DNA of 64,000 nucleotides from assembly GCF_009914755.1 (NCBI RefSeq), contig NC_060941.1; one strand, 5' to 3'. Source of the DNA: the human T2T-CHM13v2.0 reference genome, Homo sapiens. Both the position numbers and the translations under genes were made by a program. The notes beneath the pieces were generated by a model. That model saw only the letters and a list, made by a program, of their open reading frames with translations. It did not search any database and was not told the origin of the DNA. This document shows, piece after piece, positions 21,084 through 38,217 of this stretch (position 1 is the first letter of the stretch; each line of letters begins with the position of its first letter).

Positions 21084-21883
21084 CGTGCTCGGCAACAGCA
21101 AAGCAGGAGGCAGAGGGGAGATGACGGCCCCTGTCCCATTTCCCTCCATGGAAGGCACCAGGCGGGGAGGTGGGTCTGCTGGGATGGGCAGGTCAGCGGA
21201 ACAAAAGGCTCCTGTTGTTTATGGGCCCAGGCACAGTGGGGCAGGAGCACGACCCAGAAAGTAGTCCTGAGCCACAAGTCAGAGCGGAGAAAACATCTCT
21301 GTGGTCCCAGTCAAGAGGCCTCCGAATGAGGCGCCTGGACTGGGAGCAAAGCTCTGGTCGAGAACATGACCTTCCCGGGCCTGAGTCCCACTGTGGTGCC
21401 CGGCCGTGCACCCAGCCTGCGGCAGAGAGGGCGGCGTCCCCCACAAAGCCTGCCAGGCTGAGCCCTTGCAATGGCCGTGGCTGGGCCAGGACCTTGGCCT
21501 GGAGCCTGCTCCTTGACACCCAGCCAGCCTAGCACCCGCCTTCAGCAACAGGTAATGGAGCCCGGATGGCAGCTCCCTCCCAGGTGCGCAAGTGCTGGGG
21601 TGGAAGCCTGTTCCCGTGGGATCAACCTTGGGGCTGGGTCGGGGGGAGGGGCACTGCGGCCCTGGCCATCAGCCTGGCTGTCTTCGTTCTCCCAAAACAC
21701 CCATCACCGCAGCCCACCAGGGGCTGGGAGAGGGGGGGCTGCAGGCTAGCCAGAGGGTCTGCCAGGTGCCTGCATCTCACTGGTGTGGCCGTGGCACCTG
21801 AGGGAGCCCACTGAGCCCATAGGGGGCTCTGGTTCCCCGCGCCTGGGACAGAGCCAGGCAGCCCTGGGTCAGGGTGGTTGGTG

Positions 21884-24800
21884 TCACCGAGAGGTCGGGG
21901 CGCCCTGTTTCTGCCTGGGACACCAGTCCGTGTCTGGGTACAGAAGACAATGGATAGACTTAAACCTGGGGAAGGAAGAAGTAGGGGTCAGGGCCGTGGG
22001 CGGAGAGAGAAGCGGGGGCCAGGGCCGTGGGCGGCGGGAGAACCTGGGGTCAGGGCCGTGGGTACAGGGAGAAGCCGGGGTCAGGGCCGTGGGCGGAGGG
22101 AGCAGCGGGGGTCAGGGCCGTGGGTAGAGGGAGCTGATGCCAGAGCCCCTGCGGGGCCGAGGGCCTGCCCATGCCACTACCTACTCACCGTGTGGGGTCT
22201 TGATGCAGGCTGAAGCCTCCAGCCACGTTCACCACGTTATGTGGGTTCTCAGGACCCCCATGGCTCAAGGTAACCTGGGAGGGAAGGGTGTGGGCAGAGT
22301 GTGTGGCCTGGTCTGGTCTCGGGCCACGCCTGCCCCTGGCCAGGAGCCCTGCTAGAGCCCCTTTGCCCACCCCCTCTCCCCAGGCCCTCGGGGAGGCCAG
22401 GCTTGGAAACAGCATTGAAGCATGGCATGAGCTGAGTAGGGGGACACCTCAGGCAGAGCCTGGGGGACAGAAGATAGGGATCTGAAACCTCCAGGGCAAA
22501 GCTGACCCTCATTCCCTCCCTGCTCCACGTGATGGGACCTGTTCCGACTCACCATCACCATACACACCACACCCACTGCCCAGCTGGCATGGGGCCTCAC
22601 TGGCCCGAGAACTGTGCTTCTCCCCTCGTTCCTCTGCCCCAGACACCATACCCCATCTGTACGTGAGGACCCTGTGTCCAACAGGCCAAGGGGCCTGTCC
22701 AGGGTCCACCCCCAGCCACATGCAAATCCCACCTGCCTGCTCAGCCGGGCATCGGGCCGGGGCAGTGGGGCCCCTGGGGGAGTCAGGGCGGGGCAAAGCC
22801 CAGGTGGCAGAGGCACCCAGAGTGGCGCCTGTACCTGCTGGAGCAGGGTGTCGGGCGGCAGCCTCTGCAGGTTCTCCAGGTGAGAGTGGAAGAGGGGGCT
22901 GTGCAGCAGGCGGGCGCCCAGGAGCCCCTCCACGATGTAGCCAACTGTGCAGTCATCCGGCAGCCGCACCTGCTCAGCTGTGCTCATGAAGCTGCCCAGG
23001 CTGGGGGGAGGCCGGTCAGCACCTTTCAGGTCTCAGCCTCCGCCTCCCAGCCCGGGCAGCTGGACCCCCACTCACCTGGCCCATGGGCTCATCTTGAGGG
23101 CAAGGCCTCTGCTGAGGCAGAACCCGGCCCCACCAGTAGCAAACCAGAACTTGACCGTGGTCACCTGAAGATGGGGTGGTGGTCAGAGCTGCCCAGGACA
23201 GGGCTTCTCACCCCTGACTCTTCATGGGACTCCCCAGGCATCTTTCTTAAGCTGCCCCTTAGGAGATCCCACCCAGGTAACAGAAGCTTCTTGGAGCAAA
23301 AAGAGCCGGGGGCTTCTGCAGGCCATTGACCCGTAGCCTCCAGACCCTCCCCACCTGGCCCAGACACCCCCTCTCTGCCCAGTACGGTGAGGGCCTCCTG
23401 GCCTGCTCCTGAAACACCACATGCAAACCACCTGGGTGGATCAGCTTGGGCCCCCAACCCTATGCCCTTCTCAAGCCAGCTTTCCACGCCCTCTGCTGTG
23501 CCTCCCGGGCTGGTGTCAAGGAAGGCGTCTGCTCCGATGGCGTCTGCTCCGACACTCACAGTTCTGCCACCCTGGACCCTCTCGGTGGCCTCAATGGGGT
23601 GGTCCAGGCTGGGCCGCCCCAGGTAGACGTCCTGGCTGGGTGAGAAGCTGGAGAGCAGGTGCAGGAGGCTCCTGGCGTTCACATAATTGTCATCATCCAC
23701 GTGGCAAAACCACCTGTGGGCGAGGGGAGTCCTGGGCACGAGGGCCTGGCATGGCTGGACAGGAGGCCCCCACCCAGCTTGGCTCTGAGCTCTCTGCGGG
23801 TCGGGTCAGCGCCGCGTACTTGCGCCCGGACTCAATGAACTTGTCATACTCCACGGACATCTTGCAGCAGAGGGCCTGACGAGTGCGCACCGCCGAGCAG
23901 TTGGTGTTGATGACACGGTCGCCTGCGAATCAGAGACGGGAAGCACGCACGTAGAGGCTGGCACTGGGGTTGGGGTAAGGCCTGTGCCCCACCTGCCCCC
24001 AAGGGCCAGGGCACAACGTGGCTGTCTGACATGCCTGGACACCTTGCCTGGGTCCAACCACAGCCCTAGCCCTCACGCGCTGACCCTGCTGGTGCCACCG
24101 AGGCTGAAGCAGGCGGCCATCGGTTGGGATCTCTTGAGTGGAAACAGGACGGAGGCAGCTCGCCCTGACCTGGCCTGGAAGGGCGGATTCCCTGCTGGCG
24201 CTTCTTCAGGGGACGTGGCACTAGCCCCACGCCCCGGGAAGCGGCTAGTGTGAGAGGCTGGTGGGGAGCAGAGCTTGGCTGGCAGGGTGGGCCCTCCGCA
24301 GGCCGCGTGACCTGGGCAGCGTCGGGGCCTCCCCGGGCCTCGGGAGCCTGGGCAGAGAAAGGCACCCACAGCAGCGAAGGGGCCGTGGCTTCGGAGCGAG
24401 AAAGGCTCGGGGGGCAGATCCCGCGGGCGCCGGGGAGTGGGGGACACTCACCGCCCTGGAGCTCGAGCTCAGGGTCGTCCCCGTCGGTGAAGATAAACGT
24501 CTGGGGGAGAAACAATCTATGAGGCTTCTGGGGCGCTGCCCAGGCCGGAGACCGACCCGCCCCGCGCGGAGCCTCCGGGGGCCTGGGCCGGGCCTAGACC
24601 CTGGGAGGCGGGGCGGGTGGGCGTGGGGCTCGCCGTCGGGGTCGGGGTCCGGCGCACCTGCTGGCGGGCCCGGGAGATCCAGGTGCGCAGCAGCAGCCGC
24701 AGGCGCGGCCCGTGGTTCTTCCGGGTGGTCTTGACGGCGATGAAGACGTCGTCAGGCCGCAGGCTGGGGGCAGCGGGCCGGGACGGGGGCGCGCGCGGGG

Positions 24801-24924
24801 CCGGGGCGGGGGTCCGGGCCGGGGCGGGCGCGCGGGGCAGCGGCAGCGGCAGTAACAGCAGCGCGGCCAGGGCCGCGGCCAGCGCGAGGCAGGCCCGGCA
24901 CAGCGCCCCACGCGCGCGGCTCAT
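21884..24924 (-). CDS. RFNG: Radical fringe O-fucosylpeptide 3-beta-N-acetylglucosaminyltransferase (331 aa)
   Basis: Exons 24924-24658, 24500-24452, 23922-23820, 23713-23560, 23164-23076, 23000-22835, 22274-22189, 21965-21884 total 996 nt. Signal anchor, Pro-rich stem, DVFIAVKTT, the fringe DDD motif [19 protein letters not shown] and LPDDCTVGY. Confidence 0.99.
21984..22128. repeat. 31-bp minisatellite (~4.6 copies, core GGGGTCAGGGCCGTGGG) at the 3' end of RFNG intron 7
   Basis: Units start at 21984, 22015, 22046, 22077 and 22108. Confidence 0.92.
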
Positions 24925-25089
24925 GCGGCCGCCGGGACCCCCGGCGCTGCGAGCGGAGAACCTGGCCGGAGCCGTGGGTGGGCGGCGGCCCCTTTAAGAA
25001 CGCAGCGGCCCCGCCCCGCCCCGCGCCCCGGAAGCGACGGCTTCGCTGCCCCGGAAGTGGACGGCACGCCGCGGCGGGGTGGGTGCAAG
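24925..25089. promoter_or_regulatory. Bidirectional CpG-island promoter shared by RFNG and GPS1
   Basis: Only 165 bp separate the divergent ATGs. Two ETS/GABP-type CCGGAAG motifs (25028-25034, 25051-25058), GC boxes, a TTAAA TATA-like element on the RFNG strand (~24993-24997), and a YY1-like CAAGATGCCG over the GPS1 ATG. The CpG island spans ~24230-25850. Confidence 0.88.
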
Positions 25090-30285
<5,196 letters not shown>

Positions 30286-30606
30286 GGGGTGAACCTTGGC
30301 CTCCAGGACATCTGCACCCCCTCCCCACCTCCACGGACCTCGGACCTCCAGGCGGCTCAGTGCTGCCTGCGGCCCAGCTAAGGGGCCTGGCCACTGGGTG
30401 CCACCCAGCCTGTGTGCCCTCCCTGGGGCTGAGGAGGCAGGCGGCTGCTAGTTGTGGCCCTTCCTGGAAGGAGAGGCCTGCAGGGCTCGACCCTGTGGGT
30501 TTCTGTCCCCAGGGAGCAGACTGTGCGGCACCCAGGCCCAGTGGCACCATTTCCCAGACCCCTCCTGTTCCCGCCTCAGTCAGGTGCAGACAAGTGGGCG
30601 GTGTCC

Positions 30607-30612
30607 ATTAAA
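30607..30612 (+). terminator. GPS1 poly(A) signal ATTAAA
   Basis: Hexamer ~320 nt after the stop, with a GT/T-rich downstream element. Confidence 0.8.
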
Positions 30613-31051
30613 GAGCAGACTCAGCGTTGCTCTTGGCTGTTCTTTCCTGCCGTGCAGGCTCTGGTCACCCCTGGGTGGCCTTGGGTTCCTGAGGGCTGTC
30701 TCCCTGGGACTAGGCTTGGAGGCAGGGCCTGGTGAGAGAAATGAGAAGCCTGGCCCTCAGATTCAACAGCCCCCAGCAGCAGCCACTGTGGCCTCGCAGG
30801 CGGTGCTTCCAAGGCTGTGAGGCATCACGAAGCTCCCGGAGGCTTTGGCCACTTGCCTATGGAGGCGCCTAGGGGAGGTGGGGAGGGGACCTAAGCCCCC
30901 ACTTTTGTCTACCCAGATGCTGCCTTCATTTAGATGTATCCTGTTGTTCAGAAGCCCCCACTGGCCCCAACCGCACCTGCCCCGGCTCATGCCTCCCTGG
31001 GTCTGAGAGGGCAGTGGTCACAGGCTGTGGGCTCTCGCATCTTTGAAATGA

Positions 31052-31057
31052 TTTATT
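31052..31057 (-). terminator. DUS1L poly(A) signal AATAAA
   Basis: TTTATT on the + strand ~215 nt after the stop. Confidence 0.85.
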
Positions 31058-31272
31058 GTTCACTTTTGCACACGCGTGCTGAGGACAGGGCAGGTCCAGC
31101 CTGGGGCCTGCTCCCCACTGCAGCATTTCCAGGCCCCCAGAGTGGGCCGAAGGGGGACATGGGCGTGTCTTTCCACATTAAGTAGCAGGAGATTCCCTGA
31201 GTAAAAGGCATTTTCTTAAGTAGGACGTGTCCAGGCTCCAGCAGCAGTCCTGGGGGTGGGGGTTGTGGGCCT

Positions 31273-34200
31273 TCAGGCCAGGGCACTGCCCATGACTTCG
31301 GAGAAGCCACCTGGTGTTCCAGGTGCTGCTGGCTGAGGCTCCTGCAGCTCAGGCTGGGCCTCTTTCCAGGCCAGAGACTTCTCCAATTTGGTTTTAAAAA
31401 GCAATCCGTGACCTGGCAGAGCGAGTGAGAGGAGTCGGGGGTCAGGAGGCGGAGGGGGTCTGTTTGCCTGCTGCGGGGCGGGTGGTAGGCGCCCTCACCT
31501 GGGCAGTCTGCAGTCTCTTTGGAGGCTCGCTTCTTGCAGCAGCCGCGGCACAGGCTGAACACACATCTGTTGCCCTGGGCACAGGAAATCTCGGGAGCCT
31601 GTGGCCAGCACCACTCCCGGGGCCAGGCTGGCCAGCAGGGGAGCAGCCTCACTGGGGAAGCCTCTGCCAGATGCCCACGGCCTGGATGCAGCCCTGGGAA
31701 CTGCTCCCAAGCCAGATGCCTCTCCCTCACCCCAACCCACCCAGACTCTCTTCCCCTCCAGGCCTGGGCAGGGGCTTGGCTGGAAGCAAGGGGCCGTCCT
31801 GAGGCATCCATGCCACCTTGAGCCACGTTGCAAACCCAGCTGGGCGGGCACCAGACCTGCCACCCCAAGCAGTGCAGAGACCACCCTGCCCACCCCCAAA
31901 GCTGAAGCCTTGGTGGCTTGCAGCCGGAACCCACTCACCTTTGGGTTTCCACACTGGTCACACTTTGCATATTTTGCTAGGAAAAGAACAAAAGGGTGCT
32001 GGTGAGTGAGGGCCAGGGTGCCCTGGCTGTGGGGGCTGCCCCGTCCGCCTGCACGGAGCCTGCTGATGGCGTCCATGCCAGCTGTGGCCAGCCAGGCCAG
32101 GAGGCTCAGGGAGGGCAGAGGATGCAGGCTGGCCACGTCTGCTTTTCCTTCCGTGAGCAATGGGTGAGGGGATGCAGGGGGCACCATCCTGCAGGAAACG
32201 GATAGGAAGCAGGTGGGCTGGGGGGCCGCCGCAGGACGAGCAGCCTTATCTGTCCTACCCCCAGGCAGGGACAAGGGGAGCAGTTTTCCTGCCCACAGGG
32301 TCCAAGGGGGGTTCCATGCCCTTCAGTTCCAGGTCTCCCAAGCAAAAGGGCCAAGAAGGGTCAAATCAAGAATTCAGCCTGAAGCCCCACTTCCTGCCTC
32401 TCCCAGCTGCCTCATTCAGTGGCCTGGTGGGGGGCAGTGTGGCAGGCAGGGACTGCTGGCACCAGCCTGATGTGGCAGCTGCTCTTGGACTGGCCAGCGC
32501 CCTGGGGGTTACATGGGAAGGTTTCAGGGTTATCGCTGGTCTCCCCTGCAGCTTGTAAAGTTGTCAGAGATCTGGGAGGCTGCCACCTGTTGAGGGCCCA
32601 GATGGGCTGGCCCAGGATACGGCGGCGACCAGGGGTCTCAGGGGAGACAGCACTAGGCTGAGGCCTTGCCACTGGTGGCTAAGAGAGGGGCGAGCAGCCT
32701 CGTCCCGTGCCTTTGGCCCAGCAACAAGACCCATGCACACACTCCCGGGGACCCCAGCCTCCCTCTCAGCAGCTGCTCAGGTGTCCTGTGTGAGGCTGGG
32801 CAGGGGCAGCCGCAGGGACCCGAGGCCCTGAGCTGTAGACGAGCTTCACCTGGCTGAAAAGCTTGTCCCATAGCCTCATCTGATTCACTGAGCCCATGTC
32901 CCACATGCACGGGCTGTGGCCTGCACAGGGTCCCCGTTCTGACCCCAAGTCTGGCTGACTACTCCGCCAAGCCCTCCAGGTGTCTGCTTCCAGCTCTGGG
33001 CCTTGAGCCTTGCTGACCACAAGTCTGGGTTCCTGTTACTGGCAACAGGGAGGATGGGGGTGATGAAGAGGCTCTCTCGGGCCCATCAGCGGAAGCAGCA
33101 CTTACGCTTCAGAGAGGGGTCGAAGGTCTTGTGGGGGTTCCTCAGCTGCTTCTTTTGCTTGTTCTTGGACAGGACCTCCGTGCCACCCTCCTCTTCCTCC
33201 AGGGCCCGCTTGCTGCGCGCACCTGCCTTCTCCTTGCTCCCCTCCCTGGGCCTGAGGGGAGGGCAGCGGGCAGAGCCCAAGGACACTGTGAGAGGGGCCC
33301 AGCAGCCACAGCCACACGGGTCTGAGTCTGGGTGAGGGGCCAGGCGGCCGTGGCGAGTGCCGCTGCTGTGAGGAGTGCCCTCCTTTCCCTCGGGCAGCCC
33401 ATTCAGGACTCGTCACTAGGGAGTCCGGGGCCTCTGAGATGGAGTCCGCAGCTCGGGCAGCCCCAAGCTCTGAACCACCAGCTCCAGGGAGGGCTGTGGC
33501 CACGGATGGCCTCACCTCTGAGAACCCAGCAGAAGCTGGGGTCAACCTCTTGACCCACGGGCAAATCCACCAGGATCAGAGGAGCTCAGAGAAGTATGTT
33601 ATGGAAGAAAAGATTTAAAATCCGAGCGTCCACTGAGGGAGGACACAGCTGAGCCACCAGCATCCTCCACCAAGGACACCGAGGGGCACGTGGAAGGTGT
33701 GTGCTGCTCGGAGCCGAGGCCTCCCTCCTCCTTTCCCTTGGGCAGGAGATGACTGACCATAATGGCTGAGGACAAGCAGGGCAGGCGCAGCACTGTGGGC
33801 ACAGGGTGGAGCCCACACCTTGGTGCACATCCCCGCCCAGGGCTGGCTGGGCTCTCACCCCGGCCGGATGTAGGGCTGGCAGATCCAGTGGAAGGGCAAG
33901 TCGCCGGTGGGCTTCGCTCCCTCCTGCCTGGATATCTCCTCCTGCAAAAGCCCAAGGCCCTGGTCATGGCCCCAGCCCCTCACCCCCTGCAAGGCCGGGC
34001 TCCCACCAGCCCCAGCACCTGCCTGACACCGCAGCTTCAGCTCCTGGCTCACAGCAGCGATGCCCTCCAGGGTCTTCACCTTGGCCAGCTCCTCTCGCAG
34101 CTCCTGGTGCACCTGCAGCCTGAGACAGAGGCCCTGTCACGCAGGCTGGGCTCCCGGCTCCACCGTCAGGCCCCAGGCTGAGCACTGGGCACACGGGGAC

Positions 34201-37200
34201 CTGTGTCTCTTCCTGCCCAACTCCACTCCTAAGTCACCCCAGCCCCTCAAGACCTGACTTAGCAGCAAGTTGTTTTGACAAAACCTGCAAAATGCCCCAG
34301 GTGGGGTCTGACGGAATCTGCCTGGGCGGCCCTCCAACGTGGCTTCTGCCTTAGGGGGCAACTCACGTGTGGTGCCACAGCTTGAAGAGGTGGGCCCGGA
34401 CGTAGGACAGGGGGCAGGGGTGCTCCCGCACGATGTCCAGATACTCCTCGGCCAGCTCCCACACGGCAGGGCTCCGGCCCTCGAACAGGGCGGGGTTGTG
34501 CAGGTTGCCCTCTGTGGGAGGAGGAGCGGGGAAGGACACCTCGTGGGTTGCTCCAGGTGGACGGCACAGGAAAGCCTGGGACACTCAGGACACCCTTCTG
34601 TGCCACCTCACAAGGGACAAGGCCAGCTCAGGCCCATCAGAGCAGACTGGGATTGATGAACACCATCTGTGAACAGCACCATGGGGAGGGCAGTAGGCAG
34701 TGGGAGGCACCGACCTGGGCGGTGGTATCAGGCCGTGTGCATGGGGCCCTGGCTGCTGTCCTGGGCCCTGCCCACCTGCGCTCATGACGCCCTGCACACC
34801 CGTGTCCCGGAGGCAGCGCTCCACGTCCTGCAGGCACTGGATGTTCCCGTTAGCAAACACAGGGATGGCCACAGCCTTCCTGTTGGCAGAGAAATGCCTG
34901 TTTCCACCCGCCCGGAACAGCACCCAGGTGATGCTGCCCCCAGCCACGGCCCCCTGGGTGGTCACGGGCGTCAGGCGTGCCGAGCACCCTGAGGTGTGGA
35001 GCTGGGACCCCCAGCAAAGCCCCAAGGACTGAGGGCTGTGTCACCCACACCCACTCACCGCACAGCCTTGATATGCTCCCAGGACGCTGCACCCGACAGG
35101 GGCCCCTTCTGCTCCTTGGTGCGTCCGTGCACCGTCAGCAACTAGGACAGAGCAGTGGTCGCTTGACCCCTCCAAGCCCCTTCCGCCCCTCAGAGCCCCC
35201 TCCGCCCCTCCACGCCCCCTCTGCCCCTACTCCACCCCTCCGAGCCCCCTCTGCCCCTCCCAGCCCTGTGCCCCATGCCCGACTGCAGGGACCTTTCCCT
35301 CACCATATCAGCTCCTGAAGCAGGGCTGAGGAATGGCCATCTGGGGCCTACCCCAAGGCCTCTGCACTCTGTGGGAACCTCAGGCTGCATGTGCTGCCCA
35401 GGCCCATGCAAGAGCCAGGCCGGGAAGTGGCAGCATCCCCACTGCCCAAGGCCAAAGGTGTGGGAGGGACTGACTCCAGGCTAGTGGGGCACTGGGGGGG
35501 AAAGTGGGTCCTGGGCCTGGCAGCCCCTGTGCAAGCTCATCCCCGGGTCACCAAGGTTGCTGTCCACCTTCAGAAGGTGAGTGTCTTGAGGGGCACCCCC
35601 GGAGACAGCAGCCCATCCAGGCCCGCGCCAGGCCAGGCTCAGTGTGCGGGGAACACGGGCAGGGGAGCAGCTCTGCTGACAGCCTGGTGGCCCCTTCCTC
35701 ACCCTCTAGGGAGACTGGATGCTGAGTATCCCCAAAGGAGGCCCTGCCGGCCTCTGTGACACTAGGAATATGTCAGAGATGCCGACATTACTCTCTCCAC
35801 AGGGACAAAACCCTGGAGCCAGGAAAGCAGTTTCTGTTGTAGAGGCCTGGGCTTGGGGTGGTGGCACTCAGAGCCAGTGGGGACAGGCCAGTCAGGAGGG
35901 CCACTGCCCCCATGAGGCCGACGGTGCACGGTGTCTGGACACAGGAAGAGCCTCAGCTATGTCCTCTGCGCAAAGGCCCAGCTGAGGCCCATGACACCCC
36001 CGCGAGCCCAGGGCTCACCTGGCAGCCGGCCTTCTCCAGCATCTGGGCGTACCTCACGGTCTTGTCAATCTCCGGGAAGACACGGATTTTGCACGTGACA
36101 GGAACAGAGAGTTTCTCGTGGGCCAGCAAAACTGGGGAGAAGAGAGGCAGCTTCTGAGGGGGCCATGGTGTTCCCACTTTAGCGGCCAAGCCCCAGAGCC
36201 CAGGGCCCTGCAGACAGCGGAGCCCAGGCAGCTTTGCCGGGAGGCTGGGAGGCAGCCCGGGCCACCATCTGGGTGTCTCCCTCAGGTTGCTGGGCAGGCT
36301 CCCTCCGCCATACCCCCGGCCCTCCGAAGTTCAAACAAGCAGGGCCAAGGCCGGCTCTGTCTCCCAGGACATCTGGGGCTGGGCCCGAGCAAGGACTCTG
36401 CCCTGGCACCTACTGTCTGGTTTTAAGGGGTGGGTGGTGCAGGACAGGCAACTTCACAGCCACCTCCTTCCAGCAGAGAGGCTGCTGTGGGCAGGAAGCC
36501 CCAGGGTGATGCTGAGAACTCCTGCCAACGCCTGTCCTCTCCTGAGCCCCAACCAAGTGGACAGTGCCCATGTGTCCCTCTTGAGGGTCTCTGGGGGTCC
36601 TTCACCATCCACCCAGCCAACTCACTCATTCTTTGGAGCAGGTCCCACTCGTCCTGCAGAAAGGCGCCATAGTGACCTGCAAGGAGCAAGCATGGCCTGG
36701 CTGGCACCTGTGTTAAGGCTGGTGGGGCCGAAGCCTTGCACCCCCTCTGCACCCTTTCCTGCATCCACGCAGGCCAGGAGCTGCCCTGTCAGGCGGGACA
36801 CAGGTCCCCAGAACCAGCAGTGTCTCCAGTTGGGGCAGTGGGACAGTCAGAGCAGTGGTTTGTCGGCATCAGACTCAGGGGCTCTATTTGCCCAGCTGCC
36901 TAAGCTCAGAAGGTGCTGAATGGAACCCCCACCCTGCACGGTCTGGAACCAAGTAACACCTCCTCAGGGGCCCGGTGAGGTAGCAGGCTCAGCCCCACAC
37001 ACAGCAGTGCAAGGGGGTAATGGGGACCCTGTATCAGCAATCATGTTTATGCAGAGGGAGCTCCCTGAGGGAAGAGAGAGCCAGTAGGGCTCGGCCCCTA
37101 GCCCCCAAGGCCTGAGGACAGCCACCCTCCAGAGGCGGAGCACAGAGGACAGCTGGCTCCAGCCTGAGCCACTGTCACGACAGAGGCAGGGCCTGCCGTC

Positions 37201-38217
37201 CTCCAAGCTCACCACACCTGGGGCTGCACTGAGCTGGCTCTGGCCCCTGCCCCAGGTGCCCCCATGCTCCACATGGAGCTCACCTCTCTTGGCTATCATC
37301 TGTGGGCAGCCCAAGTTCAGGTCAATGGCGTCACAGTAATCCTGAGCCAGGAGAGCCGCCTGAACAAACACCTCCGGGTCATTGGCACAGAACTGGAGAA
37401 GATGCAGGAGTCAGCCACGGGCCCAGCCAGGCCCTAGTCCCTTGCTGCCCAGCCCTACGAGAGGTCCAGTGTGACCCCATGAGGGTGTGGGCCCAGGTTC
37501 ACTGCAGGAGGGTGCTCTGTCCTGCGGAGGCTTACAATATGACAAAGCCGGGAGGAGTCCCCAAGCCACCCGGATTTACAGATTTTCTTCTGAACTGTGG
37601 CAGAAGCCACAATCACTGACTTCTGAAGAGCAGAGCCATCTCCACTGGTTCTGAAGAGGGAGTGTGAGTGTGAGAGGCAGCAATCCAGAGGCCCCAGCAG
37701 GGCTGCAAACCTCACAGCACCCAGGCTGCCTGAGCCACTCCTAGAGAATGGGGTTGGATTCTGGCAGGTGCACCTGGCAGCCCTGGCTCCACCACAGGAA
37801 TCACTGCTGTGGCTACGTGGACTCTACATGCCTGGTGCCACCTTCTCCCTCTCCTCCTGGAATTGAGCTGTCTCTGGAAAGGCTGAAAGTGATGTCCCGC
37901 CACAGAGAGAAGGGTTTTTCCCCAGGCATTCCAGGACCGGGAACCCAACCGCGGCCGCGGCCACAGCCCCTCCTGCGCACCTGCACGATGAGGGGCCGGT
38001 CCTCGGGGCACACCTCGCAGTACAGGTTCTCCTTCCGGTAGTTGGCGTCGCGGACAAAGACCTGGGCATGCAGCATGGGCGTGTAGCAGAGCTGTGCCCC
38101 GTGGCGCCGGCTCAGCAGCCTCCAGGCCAGCTCGCTCTGGTCCACCATGGGGGCCACGACGTGGCGGGCCCCTCGCAGGGTGCGGCTCCAGAACTCGAAG
38201 CCCTGCAGCTTTGGCAT
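31273..38217 (-). CDS. DUS1L: tRNA-dihydrouridine(16/17) synthase 1-like (473 aa)
   Basis: Exons 38217-37981, 37392-37284, 36676-36626, 36131-36019, 35141-35059, 34879-34776, 34511-34367, 34119-34023, 33941-33859, 33251-33106, 31976-31939, 31574-31499, 31412-31273 total 1422 nt. DUS motifs [35 protein letters not shown], and a C-terminal Cys-rich zinc-finger-like region. Confidence 0.98.
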
